Of a stretch of DNA of 38,480 nt, positions 11,941-23,555 are shown in pieces (position 1 is the stretch's first letter; every line of letters begins with the position of its first letter). The position numbers and the translations under genes were made by a program. The stretch lies in contig NW_021835763.1 in assembly GCF_006345805.1 (NCBI RefSeq), forward strand, positions 1 to 38,480, read 5' to 3'. Under the pieces are notes generated by a model, which ran no database searches, was not told the origin of the DNA, and saw nothing but the letters and a program-made list of their open reading frames with translations. Source of the DNA: Octopus sinensis. Its lineage: Eukaryota.

Positions 11941-12160
11941 TTAAGTTAAGTTAAGTTAATTTTCTGGCTCAAAAAGCAAAAGCAAGGCCATGTAGGGGGA
12001 CATAGAGTTATGTACAGGGAGGGTGTTTATGCAAAGAGTTCAGGCCATTTCTGGTCAAGAGAGACTTTGAACCGAGCGGTCGTCGGCATCTTCACTATCT
12101 CGTCCGGCAGCTTATTCCATAGATCCGCAAGCCGGACGGAGAAAGGACCTCTCCTTCGAT
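11941..12160 (-). mobile_element. 5'-truncated CR1-type LINE end with (TTAAC)n tail
   Basis: Minus strand translates RRGPFSVRLADLWNKLPDEIVKMPTTARFKVSLDQKWPELFA*, matching the FSxR..WNxLP..FKxxLD C-terminus of CR1/L2 ORF2. A short UTR and TTAAC repeats follow. Confidence 0.82.
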
Positions 12161-12254
12161 TTAGATGTATATGTGATGCAAGACACTAACACCTTTTCTT
12201 TCTTTTATATTTAACTTGTTTCACACATTGAGACTGGCGCATCCCGGGGCACCG

Positions 12255-12486
12255 CAAAACATTTTATTTCACGTTGCTCCAGTTCACTCAGCTGACAAAA
12301 ATGAATTGTACCTGCATTTCAAAGAGCGAAACTTGTTACGTTGTGTTACGCTGAAACTCCCCAAGAACTACGTTAAGTCTACGCGTGTCTGTAGACTGCT
12401 CAGCCACTTACACGTTGGTTTCACGGCAGGCTGTTTCATTGATCGGATCAACTGGAACCCGCGTCATCGTTACCGACGGAGTACCA
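12255..12486 (+). mobile_element. 5'-truncated SINE family C
   Basis: TTTATTTCACGTTGCTCCAGTTCACTCAGCTG...GATCGGATCAACTGGAACCC..CGTTACCGACGGAGT matches 26972-27290 in the opposite orientation. Confidence 0.8.
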
Positions 12487-12726
12487 CTTAGGACGCTCCG
12501 TGTGTTAAACAATTTCTTCATCAAATACTTTGCTAATATTATGATATTTCTACAGCAATAAATTCTAGCATCTAGACACGTCCTTATGAAGTCTTTCAAC
12601 TGGATTGCTTCAATGCAAGTAAATTACGATAAGACAAGATCTTGAAATACGTGATGTTTAATTTTACTTGTTCTACTCACGGCGTTTAACTTTTAAAATA
12701 CGGAACCAGCTTCCAGAGGAATATAC

Positions 12727-12964
12727 TCTTCTATTCTTTTATTCTTTTATTTGTTTCAGTCATTTAACTGCGGCAATGATGGAGCACCACCTTTAGTGGA
12801 GCAAATCGAGCCCAGGACTTATTCTTTGTAAGCCTTGTACTTAGTGTATTCTTTCGGTTTCTGTTGCCGAAACGCTAAGGGACGGGGACGTAAACACACT
12901 AGCATTGGTTGTCCAGCGATGTTGGGGGGGGGGACAAACACAGACGCACAACATATATACACGC

Positions 12965-13010
<46 letters not shown>

Positions 13011-13185
13011 ACACACATACACACACATATACACATACACTACAGGCGTCTTTCAGTTTCTGTCTGCCAAATCCACTCACAAGACTTTAGTAGAAGACAC
13101 TTGCCCAGGGTGCCACGCAATAGGACTGAACCCAGAACCGTGTGGTTGGTAAGCAAGCTACTTACCACACAGCCACTCTTGCGCC
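12727..13185 (-). mobile_element. Full-length tRNA-derived SINE family A with internal (TA)/(TG) microsatellite
   Basis: A-box TGGCTGTGTGGT and B-box GGTTCAGTCC, body GGATTTGGCAGACAGAAACTGAAAGA, tail GGTGGTGCTCCATCATTGCCGCAGTTAAATGACTGAAAC plus AAAAGAAT repeats. Confidence 0.9.
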
Positions 13186-13494
13186 TATATATTAGTATTA
13201 AATACACAAAACCTGCATGGAATTTTATTGTCGCCTATGTCAAAACCTACAGAGATTACATTCGCAAGGGAGTTGTAGATTTTCAGTTAGGCAAACGAGT
13301 TCCGTTCCAATATAATACGACACAGACATACTGGAATTCTGGTTAGAGTTACCTCAGTCGATCCAATTTCATTGAATAGTAGTTATTTTATCGGCCAAAA
13401 TTCACTAAGATCGAATTCAACACTCCCTCTTAATGCCATATGTGAATTATTAATACATTGAGGGGGTCTTGGATGATGTTGCGGTAAGATAATC

Positions 13495-13589
13495 ATCATC
13501 AACAACGTCAACATCCAGCTCTTCTACCTTTTACCTTCTACTCCCACCACACCACTCCAACTATCACCACTACCACCACCACCACTACC

Positions 13590-13622
<33 letters not shown>

Positions 13623-13855
13623 CTCATCCTCATCATCATCATCGTCATCGTCATCGTCATCATCGTCATCTTCATCATCATCTTCATCATCATCATCATC
13701 ATCATCAACTTCATCAACATCACAACTGTCATCATCCTTGTTGACATTTTCGTCGACTACGTCCCCGTCACCAACGTTGTCGGTGCCATCAACATCATCC
13801 TCCTCCTCCTCATCATCATCATCATCGTCTTCGTCGTCGTTGTCGTCATCATCAT

Positions 13856-13896
<41 letters not shown>

Positions 13897-13900
13897 GCGG
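13495..13900. repeat. Compound (CAC)(CAT)(CGT)(CAG) trinucleotide tract
   Basis: Direct inspection. Confidence 0.92.
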
Positions 13901-14132
13901 TATTAGCTTCTGCTCTAATGGCAAACGAGGACAGTCATATTTCTCTCATCAAGTTCGTTCCTTAGCGAGATATAATCGCTTTAATTAATTCAACGTCATT
14001 AATTGCTATCGATCCATGAAGGATGAAAGAAAAATCACCCTTGGTAGAGCTTTAAGCCGGAGTGTGAAGACAAGCAGTTCGTGCTGGAAACAGCAGCCAC
14101 AATTCACTAAAAGGCCACTGAAATACCTGAAA

Positions 14133-14323
14133 GTGCGCAGGAGTGGCTGTGTTGTAAGTAGCATGCTTACCAACCACACATGGTTCCGGGTTCAGTCCCA
14201 CTGCGTGGTACCTTGAGCAAGTGTCTTCTACTATAGCCTCGGGCCGACCAAAGCCTTGTGAATGGATTTGGTAGACAGAAACTGAAAGAAGCCCGTCGTA
14301 TATATGTATATATATTATATATA

Positions 14324-14406
<83 letters not shown>

Positions 14407-14494
14407 CTTGTGTGCTTGTGTGTTTGTGTGTCTGTGTTTGTCCCCCAACATCGCTTGACAACCAATGCTGGTTTGTTTACGTTCCCGTCACTTA
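14133..14494 (+). mobile_element. SINE family A, 3'-truncated where it meets the Tc1 element
   Basis: GCAGGAGTGGCTGTGTTGTAAG..GGTTCCGGGTTCAGTCCCACTGCGTGG... The sequence stops at GTTTACGTTCCCGTCACTTA. Confidence 0.9.
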
Positions 14495-15756
14495 TTCCAT
14501 TCTTCCTGAAGGGTAATTCCATAATTGCTCAGAAGTTTTAGGATTTCTGGCTTTCGAACGTTCTCCTAGAATATTCCATACATTTTTAATAGGATTGAGA
14601 TCTGGGCTTTAAGCAGGCCAATCCATAACAATAACCTTTTCAGCCTTGAGGAAGTTCATGACCACCTTAGCCTTGTGACATGGGGCATTGTCCTGCATGA
14701 ATATGGGTGGTCGCTTAGTTGAATTTCTCAGCACAGGCAAGACATGATCTTTTACAAGTTGTTTATAAACTCCTGCATTTACCTTTCCATGTAATCGCAC
14801 CAAAGGGCTCACACCATCTCCAGATATCATTCCCCAAACCATGACACTTCCTCCACCGAATTTAACACTAGTCTTAAGGCATTTAGGCGACAATTTTTCA
14901 CCTACTTTTCTACGAACGTACCTTTTCCCATCTAAGCCAAAACACATAAACTTAGATTCATCACTGAAATGCACCGTTTGCCATTTTTCTTGAGACCACA
15001 ACACATGTTCGGTTGCAAAGGTAAGACGACAGTTTTTATTCTTGGAGCTGATCAGTGGCTTCATTGTAAGTGCTCTTGCTTGTAGGTCATGTTCAACTAA
15101 ACGACGAGACACAGTTTTTCGAGATAAAGTTTTCTTCAATACAATGCTCATCTTCCGAGAAACAGCAGCAGCAGTTTTAAATCTGTCCTTTTTAACCAAC
15201 TTTACCATAGCACGATCTTCTCTCTTGGTCGTTTTTCTTGGTCTACCTGTAAACTTTCTTGCTTCACACGAACCACAATCATCGTAGACCTTAAGAATAC
15301 CGTGTACAACACTTTTTGACTTGTTAACAATCTTTGCAATAGATCCAATACTTAAATTATCCTTCCTTCGAAGCTTAATAATCTGCTGACGAATTGGTAA
15401 CGGAGTAAGTGGCATTATATTAACAAAGTACACTGCAAATATTCTTACTAATGTTTAGTAAACGAACCGTCACGTAAACAAATTCAAACATTAGAGTTCG
15501 CCGGTTAAATATACTAAAACACGGAGTAAAAGCAACCGTTCTGATCATTTTGGCCGCCATGGGTTTTGTAGTAAATCCCTAAATCATCCATAACTTTTGT
15601 ATTCTCCTCTCACATTACACCAAAATCTCAGACAATAACAAATAATATCGTATTTATCGTCTGTGAAAATTACAGAATATAAAACAACTTTGATAAAAAA
15701 TTATATCTACTTTTCTGACGAAAACAATGCCGTTCTGAACATTTTGGCCGCCACTG
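14495..15756 (-). mobile_element. Tc1-family DNA transposon relic (IR/DR type); 5' TIR present, 3' end lost
   Basis: 5' end TA|CAGTGGCGGCCAAAATGTTCAGAACGG (15756). The 24-bp motif recurs at 15536-15559, as expected for an inner DR. Contains a transposase ORF. Confidence 0.9.
14497..15415 (-). pseudogene. Tc1-like DD34E transposase, inactivated
   Basis: HTH region, FSDESKF, VKFGGGSVMVWG, FMQDNAPCH, then DWPA*SPDLNPIKNVW: a nonsense codon at the expected Q and catalytic E changed to K. Frameshifted and truncated afterwards. Confidence 0.9.
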
Positions 15757-15764
15757 TATATATA

Positions 15765-16206
15765 AGCAATAATAAATCTCTGAGCGAGGTATAAACACTA
15801 GCTGCACGACATCGTGAAGTATATTTGCCACCAAAATGTGACTAACCCGTAAGTGTTGATGCTACTGTAGCTTTTAGCCCAAGGAAGATATCTCCCTTAG
15901 CTGGCTATTGACACACTTCCTGTGGCCTGTCAGTATTTGCAAAGGGAAGTTTTCCTTCCCATCTCCAGCCTGACGAAATACACAGGGAACCGTGTTTCTG
16001 GGTATTGACCCGTTATCAGCGTGTGACAACAGTTGGCAGGCGATGTAAAGCGGCTCCCAATGCAAATATATATATACTTTTTTCAGTGACTTTTCGTCAC
16101 TGATCTCGAAAAACTGGTAACTAGCAATAATAAATCTCCGAGCGAGGTATAAACAGTAGCTGCACGACATTGTGTAGTATATTTACCACCTAAATGTGGC
16201 TAACCC
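15765..16206. repeat. ~84-bp direct repeats (15765-15848 and 16123-16206) enclosing ~274 bp
   Basis: AGCAATAATAAATCTCC.GAGCGAGGTATAAACA.TAGCTGCACGACAT.GTG.AGTATATTT.CCACC.AAATGTG.CTAACCC occurs twice. Confidence 0.85.
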
Positions 16207-16582
16207 TTACACATACACAAGCAAACACACACACACTTACGCACATATGTATACATTTTATCATATCTTGCATCATATACTAAGCAAACATTAAATCGTA
16301 TAATCAAATGATTAAACGATATGATCAATATTAGTTATATATCGAATGCCTTATTGAAGCGCATTTTATATTGAGTATGTATTTGAATAGCTTGAGACAT
16401 ATACGAAGATTAAGCCAAAGCAATCCAAACGTTGGCTTGTCTTTCGTATTTACTGATGTAGGTTATACACATATTATAACTTTTCCTCTACACAAAACTC
16501 CGGAATATTTTTTTTTAAATCTGATAAATATTTTTAGAAAAATGTTCTGGGTCATAAGGTTAAACTTATTTCTTCATAGCTA

Positions 16583-17085
16583 TTAGGTTGAAATCTAAGT
16601 TCCCGCCGTCTTTTTTTTAAATTAAAATTTTTAAAAGGTTTAATAAAAAATATCAACTAATTAATCATTCACCCTTGTGGTTTAAAACTTCTTCCCAACG
16701 TTGAACGAAATTTTCAATACCTCGTTGGTAGAAATCACCTGATTTTGACTCAGAAATTTGATCCAACCAAGCTCTCAATTCTGCATCAGTATTGAACGAA
16801 ACTCCGCGCATAGCATTTGAAAGAGATCGAAAGAAGTGGAAATCCATTGGTGCCAAATCAGGAGAGTACGGTGGGTGTGGCAGCACTTCCCAGCCATGCT
16901 TTTGACTGGCTTCCTTGGTCATATTGGCGATATGAGGGCGGGCGTTGTCGTGTAGCAGAAGAACTCCATGCTGACGATTAGGGATTTTCTTTTGAATAGC
17001 CGTGTTGAGTCGTTCCATCTGTTGAACATATAGTTCCGAGTTGACCGTTTGGTTCCGTTCCAGCAATTCGTAATGGATAATCCAT
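16583..17085 (-). mobile_element. Mariner (DD34D) 3' fragment with one TIR
   Basis: LLLHDNARPH, LPHPPYSPDLAPMDFHFFRSL and GIENFVQRW in ORF 16665-17066. TIR-like TA|TTAGGTTGAAATCTAAGTTCCCGCCG at 16583. Confidence 0.88.
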
Positions 17086-17783
17086 AGGACGTGAGATGGA
17101 TATCGAAAGTGTATAATGGATGCAGGACTACCGACTAACCTAATTTGCTGAATTTCTATTTTCTTGCAAAAGATGTGCGTAGTCGATCATTGCCAGGATG
17201 AATATGGACATTTTTCAGGTGTGTTTTCGGTCTCTTCCTCTGAACAGCTTTTCCATTTTTTTTAGCGTCTCAGTTTACCGTTCGCTAAGCGGATGCCACC
17301 CAAGTCGTTCACATCACCTCCAAACACTCACATAATAATGCCGATAGCTTGCTATTGGGAATTTTAGTCCGTTATTAAGTTTGTGACGCCGTTTCATGAA
17401 TTGAGAGATCGTTTCCATATCAGACATACGCCTTTGATTCATATCCTGTCACCATATCGAAGAAAATCCTGCTGCAATTTGACTGAAATCCCACCGGCAG
17501 AAATCCACGCTACATATCAGCTGTCAACGACCGAGTCTGCCATTTCTGGTATCAGATTGTGAAGACAATCTACATATGCAGCAAGCTCACCGATTGTAAC
17601 ATCATTTCATATACTCACTGGCAAATTGTGTCAGTTTTCAGAGCTGAGGATCTCGAACGGCGTGATCTGTCTACTTTGCTGGTTTCGCTTCCTTGAAATT
17701 GCTCCCATAACTGTGGACATTAGTGTTATTAAAAGTGTCTTCTCTACAAACAGCCTATGCACAGTCAGCTAAGTATACCGGAC

Positions 17784-18014
17784 GTCCTGCGGTGAGCTGG
17801 CAGAAAAGTTAGCACGCCGGGCGAATTGCTTAGCGGTTTTTCGTCTGTCTTTATGTTCTGAGCTCAAATTCCGCCGAGGTCGACTTTGCCTTTCGTCCTT
17901 TCGGGGTTGATAAATTAAGTACCAGTTACGCACAGGGGTCAATGTAATCGACTTAATCCCTTAGTCTGTCCTTGTATAGGCCCTTGTGGGCAATAAAGAA
18001 ATAAGAAATAAGAA
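17784..18014 (+). mobile_element. SINE family B with 13-bp target-site duplication
   Basis: GCGGTGAGCTGGCAGAA head, family B body, AAGAAAT tail. AAGTATACCGGAC lies at both 17771-17783 and 18015-18027. Confidence 0.92.
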
Positions 18015-19080
18015 AAGTATACCGGACAGACTGCATTTGCTCTTAACAAAAAGGTCAAGGATATCATTTACTTGTACTTAGAACCCATTATTTGGTTGCA
18101 GTGGTGTGCAAGGAGAAGCATTACTATAGAGGAACAGGTACACTGCTATGAAACCTTTCGAATCACCTATTTCAGTTAATAAAAACGTTATCCAACTTTT
18201 AACACAATCCTCGTACATTTTGCTGTAGTGTAAATCACCGATTGGTCGAGATGTACAGCCATATTTGATACACTGAAGCATATAAAATCATATCTATTTC
18301 ACCATATATCAATGCTTATATTAAATGAAACATTAAAGAATATATAGTCGTGTTGATGCTTGCATAACGGCATTAGTATTACCATTATTTTATAACCTGA
18401 AGTAATTTAAATAATTGCCTGTTTTCAAAGTTATTTTTTCTTTAAAATGGATAGGAGAGAAAAATAAAAGAGAGAGAGGATGGGAGAGAAAGAGAAAGAT
18501 GAGAGAGAGGGTGATATATTGAGTGAGAGAAGAGAATCGAAGTAGACAAAGAGGATGGACTGATTGAGAAATGGAAGGGTCAGTTGGGGAGTAGAGAGCA
18601 ATGAAATATTTCATAAAAATCTTCGTATTTGTTTATGACTCCTCGAAGACTATTTTGATTTCTTGCTTGGTTCTTTACGCCAATTCATGTTGATTGTTTC
18701 AAAATCCCAGATGGGATTAGAGAAAAACAAACCCAGAATAAGAAAGATACAGTGCCAAGCGCAGAGAGAGGGAGGGATACATAAATATATAGATAGATCT
18801 ATCTGTGTCTGAGAGAGAAAGACAGACAGAGAGACAGAGAGAGAGAGAGAGAGTTAGATAGATAGATACATAGAGAGATTGAGTGTGAGACAGAGAAAAA
18901 TGGTAGGAGGGTGATAAATGACGGAAAACAAATTCTGCAAGCAGAAGAAATCAAAAGCTGAATCATACACATTCAGAAAATACTTCGATATACCAATTTA
19001 CAACGTTATGTTCATATTTCTTCATTTCTTGATATATTTGTTATAGAACTAATGAAATATGAAATATTTCTGATTTCCAT

Positions 19081-19084
<4 letters not shown>

Positions 19085-19167
<83 letters not shown>

Positions 19168-19235
19168 TTGGTATGTATGTATGTGTGCGTGCGTGTGTTT
19201 ATTTGTGTATGTGTTAGCATGCGTATGAATGTATA

Positions 19236-19325
<90 letters not shown>

Positions 19326-19580
19326 TCCTACTTATGTATATATGTATACATATATACGTATATACATACATATATATGTGTGTGTGTATGTATATGTGTT
19401 TGTATGTATAAATATATACATATATATACATATTGATATATATATATATATATATTATGTATATATTGATATATAAACATACATATATAATATATATAAA
19501 TACATACAGACATATACATGCATATATATATGTATATATATACATACATACATACATATATATATATACATATATAACCT
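19085..19580. repeat. Compound (TA)/(TG)/(TCTG)/(TCTA) microsatellite region
   Basis: Direct inspection. Confidence 0.92.
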
Positions 19581-19864
19581 GATAATAAATATGTACAAAA
19601 CAATATTCAGTGGATTAAAAGTTATTTTGCCATGAACTTGTTGGATGTTATGATGTTAATATATTATACAATGAAATACTAAAACGTTAAAAGTTATGTG
19701 TATGATATGTCACTCTTATTTCCCCACGCTTTTTTTTCTTTGTAGACATTTATGACTACCTAATATACAAATACACACACACACAGACATAGTCCCTCCG
19801 CCACGCACACAATTAAACACACACACACACACACACAGATATATATGTGGATCGTGGGGGATTT

Positions 19865-20020
19865 TTTTTACTTCCGTCTCCTGTTTCGGATGAAGAGCTG
19901 TGTTCGAAACGTAAAATCACTCTTCTTTCTTTCCCATATAGTTTGCATGTATACTTTGCATGTACCATGTCCTCGCGTTGTTTTGTTCCTGTGTTTTTTC
20001 GATTTTATGGATTTACTATA
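19865..20020 (+). mobile_element. Penelope-pLTR-like short repeat with hammerhead-like core (related to family 1)
   Basis: ATGAAGA-GCTGTGTTC-GAAA-CG-TA, followed by a T-rich tail. Confidence 0.5.
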
Positions 20021-20027
20021 TATAGAA

Positions 20028-20180
20028 GCAGGAGTGGCTGTGTGGTATGTAGCTTGCTTACCAACCACATGGTTTCGGATTCAGTGCCACTGCGTGGCAC
20101 CTTTGGTTTATTGTTATAGCCTGAGGCCGTCAAAGCCTTGTGAGTTGATTTGTTAGACAGAAACTGATAGAAGCCCGTCG

Positions 20181-20239
<59 letters not shown>

Positions 20240-21340
20240 GTGTTTACTCAGAATAACCCACGAAGGTATGGGGGTAAAAAACATTAAAAAATCACAAGTG
20301 CAAAGATTATTTGAGAACGTTACGTTTCTAGATCAGCCAAATAAAATTCGACATTTCTTTCGTCAGCCCAAAATTTCTATCTGAGAGAAACTTTCTTTAA
20401 GTACTAGAAATAGCTAAAAAAACTTTTTTGGCTGCTATTTCTAATGAGTTCAGTATGTGGCAAAGTAATTTATTTTACTAAGCCCTTTTATATAATGTAA
20501 TATTTTGAATTCGCCTTAAATGGTCCTTTTACATACTGAATACTTGGTGAAATTGATTAATAACTAATTAATTTTACCCTCAATTGTTGAAATTATAATT
20601 CATTTCTCTCTGTTTATTGCCTCGGTTTTCACCGCTAAAATATGGTGTTTGGTAGTTTAGCCCACGTGGTGGAAGGGGAGAGCAGGAATTCTTCGCTTGC
20701 ATATTTTGAATTTGTTGGCACTGTCAGTTTGAACGGGTCGTCTGAGGTGTTAAGTCGCCAAAAGGGTATGTTCCTACTTTCAGTGTTTCCAAATACAAAT
20801 TAAGAAATTTTGGGCTGACGAAAGAAATGTCGAATTTTATTTGGCTGATCTAGAAACGTAACGTTCTCAAATAATCTTTGCACTTGTGATTTTTTAATGT
20901 TTTTTAATGTTTTTTACCCCCATACCTTCGTGGGTTATTCTGAGTAAACACTATCTGAGAGAAACTTTCTTTAAGTATTAGAAATAGCTAAAAAACTTTT
21001 TTGGCTGCTATTTCTAATGAGTTCAGTATGTGGCAAAGTAATTTATTTTACTAAGCCCTTTTATATAATGTAATATTTTGAATTCGCCTTAAATGGTCCT
21101 TTTACATACTGAATACTTGGTGAAATTGATTAATAACTAATTAATTTTACCCTCAATTGTTGAAATATATATATATATGTATATGTTTGTGTGTCTGTGC
21201 TTGTCCCCCACCAACGCTTGACAACCGATGCTGGTGTATTTAAGTCCCAGCAACATAGCTGTTCGGCAAAAGAGACCGATAGAATAAGTACTAGGCTTAT
21301 AAAGAATATGTCCTGGGATCGAATAAGAGAATAAAAGAAT
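20028..21340 (+). mobile_element. SINE family A split by a ~930-bp insertion in its internal (TA)n
   Basis: 5' half 20028-20180 ends in GAAGCCCGTCGTATA. The 3' half resumes at ~21180 (TTTGTGTGTCTGTGCTTGTCCCCCACC..CTTGACAACCGATGCTGG) and runs to ~21340. Confidence 0.88.
20237..21166. mobile_element. Non-coding Penelope-like insertion with A-B-C-A'(inverted)-B architecture and a hammerhead-like fold
   Basis: A 20239-20378 is the reverse complement of 20803-20952. B 20377-20593 is repeated directly at 20951-21166. CTGACGA at 20815 and GAAACGTAACGTT at 20853, with stem I TTTGGG/CTCAAA. Confidence 0.75.
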
Positions 21341-22024
21341 GCATACGAGCGTCGATGGGTGAATTGTCACCATTTCATATTTTTGATTTCACGCATGCGC
21401 AACGTTTCATTTTTATTTTGTCGACTACACAACATAGTAAGGTCAGCTGGGTACCTTCTGTGAGAAAACTACAGCATGGTGTAATTCACTCTACCAGAAA
21501 TTTAGAAACAAGCCACTGTACTACTTGGCATTCACAATGGAGGCTTCAAGAAGGAACCAACATTTATTTTATAACTGTATATATTCTTATATTATGTATT
21601 AATTTAATGGTACACTGTATTTTTCCTGTTTGTTCATTTAATGTTTTCATTATGTTTAAATATGATTTATATAAATTTCTTTGTACGTTCTTCTCTAATG
21701 TTATTCTGGCTTGTAATAATAAACGAGCTTGATTGAATTAAATTAAATTAAAACTGATTGTTTTGATACTACAAACAATGAATTGAAACAATTATAGGTC
21801 CTCCTCAAGGTATTAATAAATTTTTGTTAATATTATCTCCATCTTCTCTCTCTTGGTATTTTTATTTTTAGCTAATACAGAACTATCTGTTTTATTAAAA
21901 ATTTCTGTTAGCTTCTTGCTTCGAGTTCAACACATGTGTTTGTGACTTCTTTGAGTGGTGAGACAATTTAGCGTCTATTTCTCAGTATATAAGCTGGAAA
22001 GGTTATTTCCGGGCCCTTATCATA

Positions 22025-22065
<41 letters not shown>

Positions 22066-22067
<2 letters not shown>

Positions 22068-22252
22068 AGGGAGGGTTTGCGAAAGAAAAAAGACAATGAC
22101 AGGTGGTGTACAAAACAAACAGATGTATTAGTATAACGCTCAGGAATAGAAAAAAACTTTTATGTTTCGAGCCTACGCTCTTCTACAGAAAGGGACACAG
22201 AAAAAATAAGGAGAGAAAAATGTGTGTAGTGGCTAACGATCTATCATGGTGA
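22066..22252 (-). mobile_element. Short Penelope-pLTR-like repeat, family 1
   Basis: Minus strand CTTTCTGTAGAAGAGCGTAGGCTCGAAACATAAAAG...CCTGAGCGTTATACTAATAC; (TA)n on both sides. Confidence 0.7.
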
Positions 22253-22312
22253 TATATATATATATACATATATATATATGTGTATATATGTATATATATA
22301 CATGTATATATA

Positions 22313-23358
22313 TTGGGTTGTCCGGAAAGTTGGTGCCGATTTTTAAAGGAAAGAAAAAGGCCAATAAATACTAGCCATTACATATTTAATCAACCAAATA
22401 TGAACCATTTTGCAGCACAAATGCGTCTCCATCTTTCCTTTAACTTGAAAATACCCTCTTCCCAGAAGAGGAAAACAACACCCTTCCTATTGGCCAATTC
22501 TGGACGTTTCTCTTGAATTGCTGCTTTTAACTCATCCACTTGCATGCAGTTTTTCTCAGAATTGATTGTCTGGTTACTTGGGAGAAGCTTATTGTAGAGA
22601 ATTCCTTTCCAACCCCACCAGACACAAAGCAAGACATTTTTAGTGTGAAGACCCGCTTTTGGGGTGGCTAAGAGTGGCTCATGTCGCTTACTCCAGGATC
22701 GATTTCTATAAACATTTTGGTAGATAATCCAATTCTCATCACTTGTCACAATTTGCTTTAAAAAAAGGCACGTTTTCATTCCGTTTATAAAGCGAATCAG
22801 AGATGGAAATGCCATCGAAAAGGTCCCTCTGACTCAACTCATGTGGTACCAAAAGATCGTAGCGATTTATGTACCCAAGCTTTACCAGGTGCCCATGAAC
22901 GACGGATTTTGAAAGGTTGAGGCTTTCTGCCAATTCTCGGGTTGTGCAATGTGGGTTATTCCCAATTAATAACTTGATTTGGTCATCATCTGTAGTGGAT
23001 GGCCTGTCTGATCGCTCTTTATCAATAAGGTTGCAATCTCCAGCTCGGAACCTTGCGAACCACTTCCGTAAAGTTCTTTCGGATAAAGAAACATCACCGT
23101 AAACTGCGCATGTTTGTTTGGTTGATTGTGAGGTATTTTTCCCTTTACGGAAAAAGAAAGGCATCAAGAGCTGAAAATGAACTTTCTTATCTTCCATTTA
23201 AAAAGGTTACAGAATTAACATAGGTCATAGGAGCATAAACCTTCTTCCACAAAATGATTGAGGTGTAGTGAAATCCTATAATATGGACTCAATCGTGTTC
23301 TAAAATAAGTCGAAAGGTAAGCTACTATAAATCGGCACGAACTTTCCGGACAACCCAA
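22313..23358 (-). mobile_element. Internally deleted mariner element with both TIRs and TA duplication
   Basis: TIRs TTGGGTTGTCCGGAAAGTT(G/C)GTGCCGATTT at both ends, each flanked by TA. Transposase pieces RKWFARFR, IVTSDENWI, HTKNVLLCVWW. The sequence jumps from RKGVVF to FWEEGIFKL, deleting the HDNARPH/SPDLAP catalytic region. Confidence 0.93.
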
Positions 23359-23399
23359 TATATGTGCCATGCTGGAGCGCTTAAATCTACAAGATTTTT

Positions 23400-23555
23400 T
23401 CATTCTCTCTCTGTCTATTTTCTTATCCCGTTCTGTTGAAGAGCTTAGGCTCAAAATATAAACGACTTTTTCATTTTTCCGAGCGTCAAACTAATACACG
23501 TTCATGTTGTTCACACACATGTCTTCGTGGATTGTTATTCTATAATTTTCAACTA
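23400..23555 (+). mobile_element. Short Penelope-pLTR-like repeat, family 1 (eroded)
   Basis: TTCTGTTGAAGAGCTTAGGCTCAAAAT...CCGAGCGTCAAACTAATAC. Confidence 0.65.

Noticed and set aside
15970-16010. CTGACGA followed by an ACAC/GTGT hairpin
   Set aside because: No downstream GAAA or cleavage-site geometry.
17090-17770. Non-repetitive-looking block that might be a degraded LINE or exon
   Set aside because: No frame gave a recognisable motif and stops are frequent.
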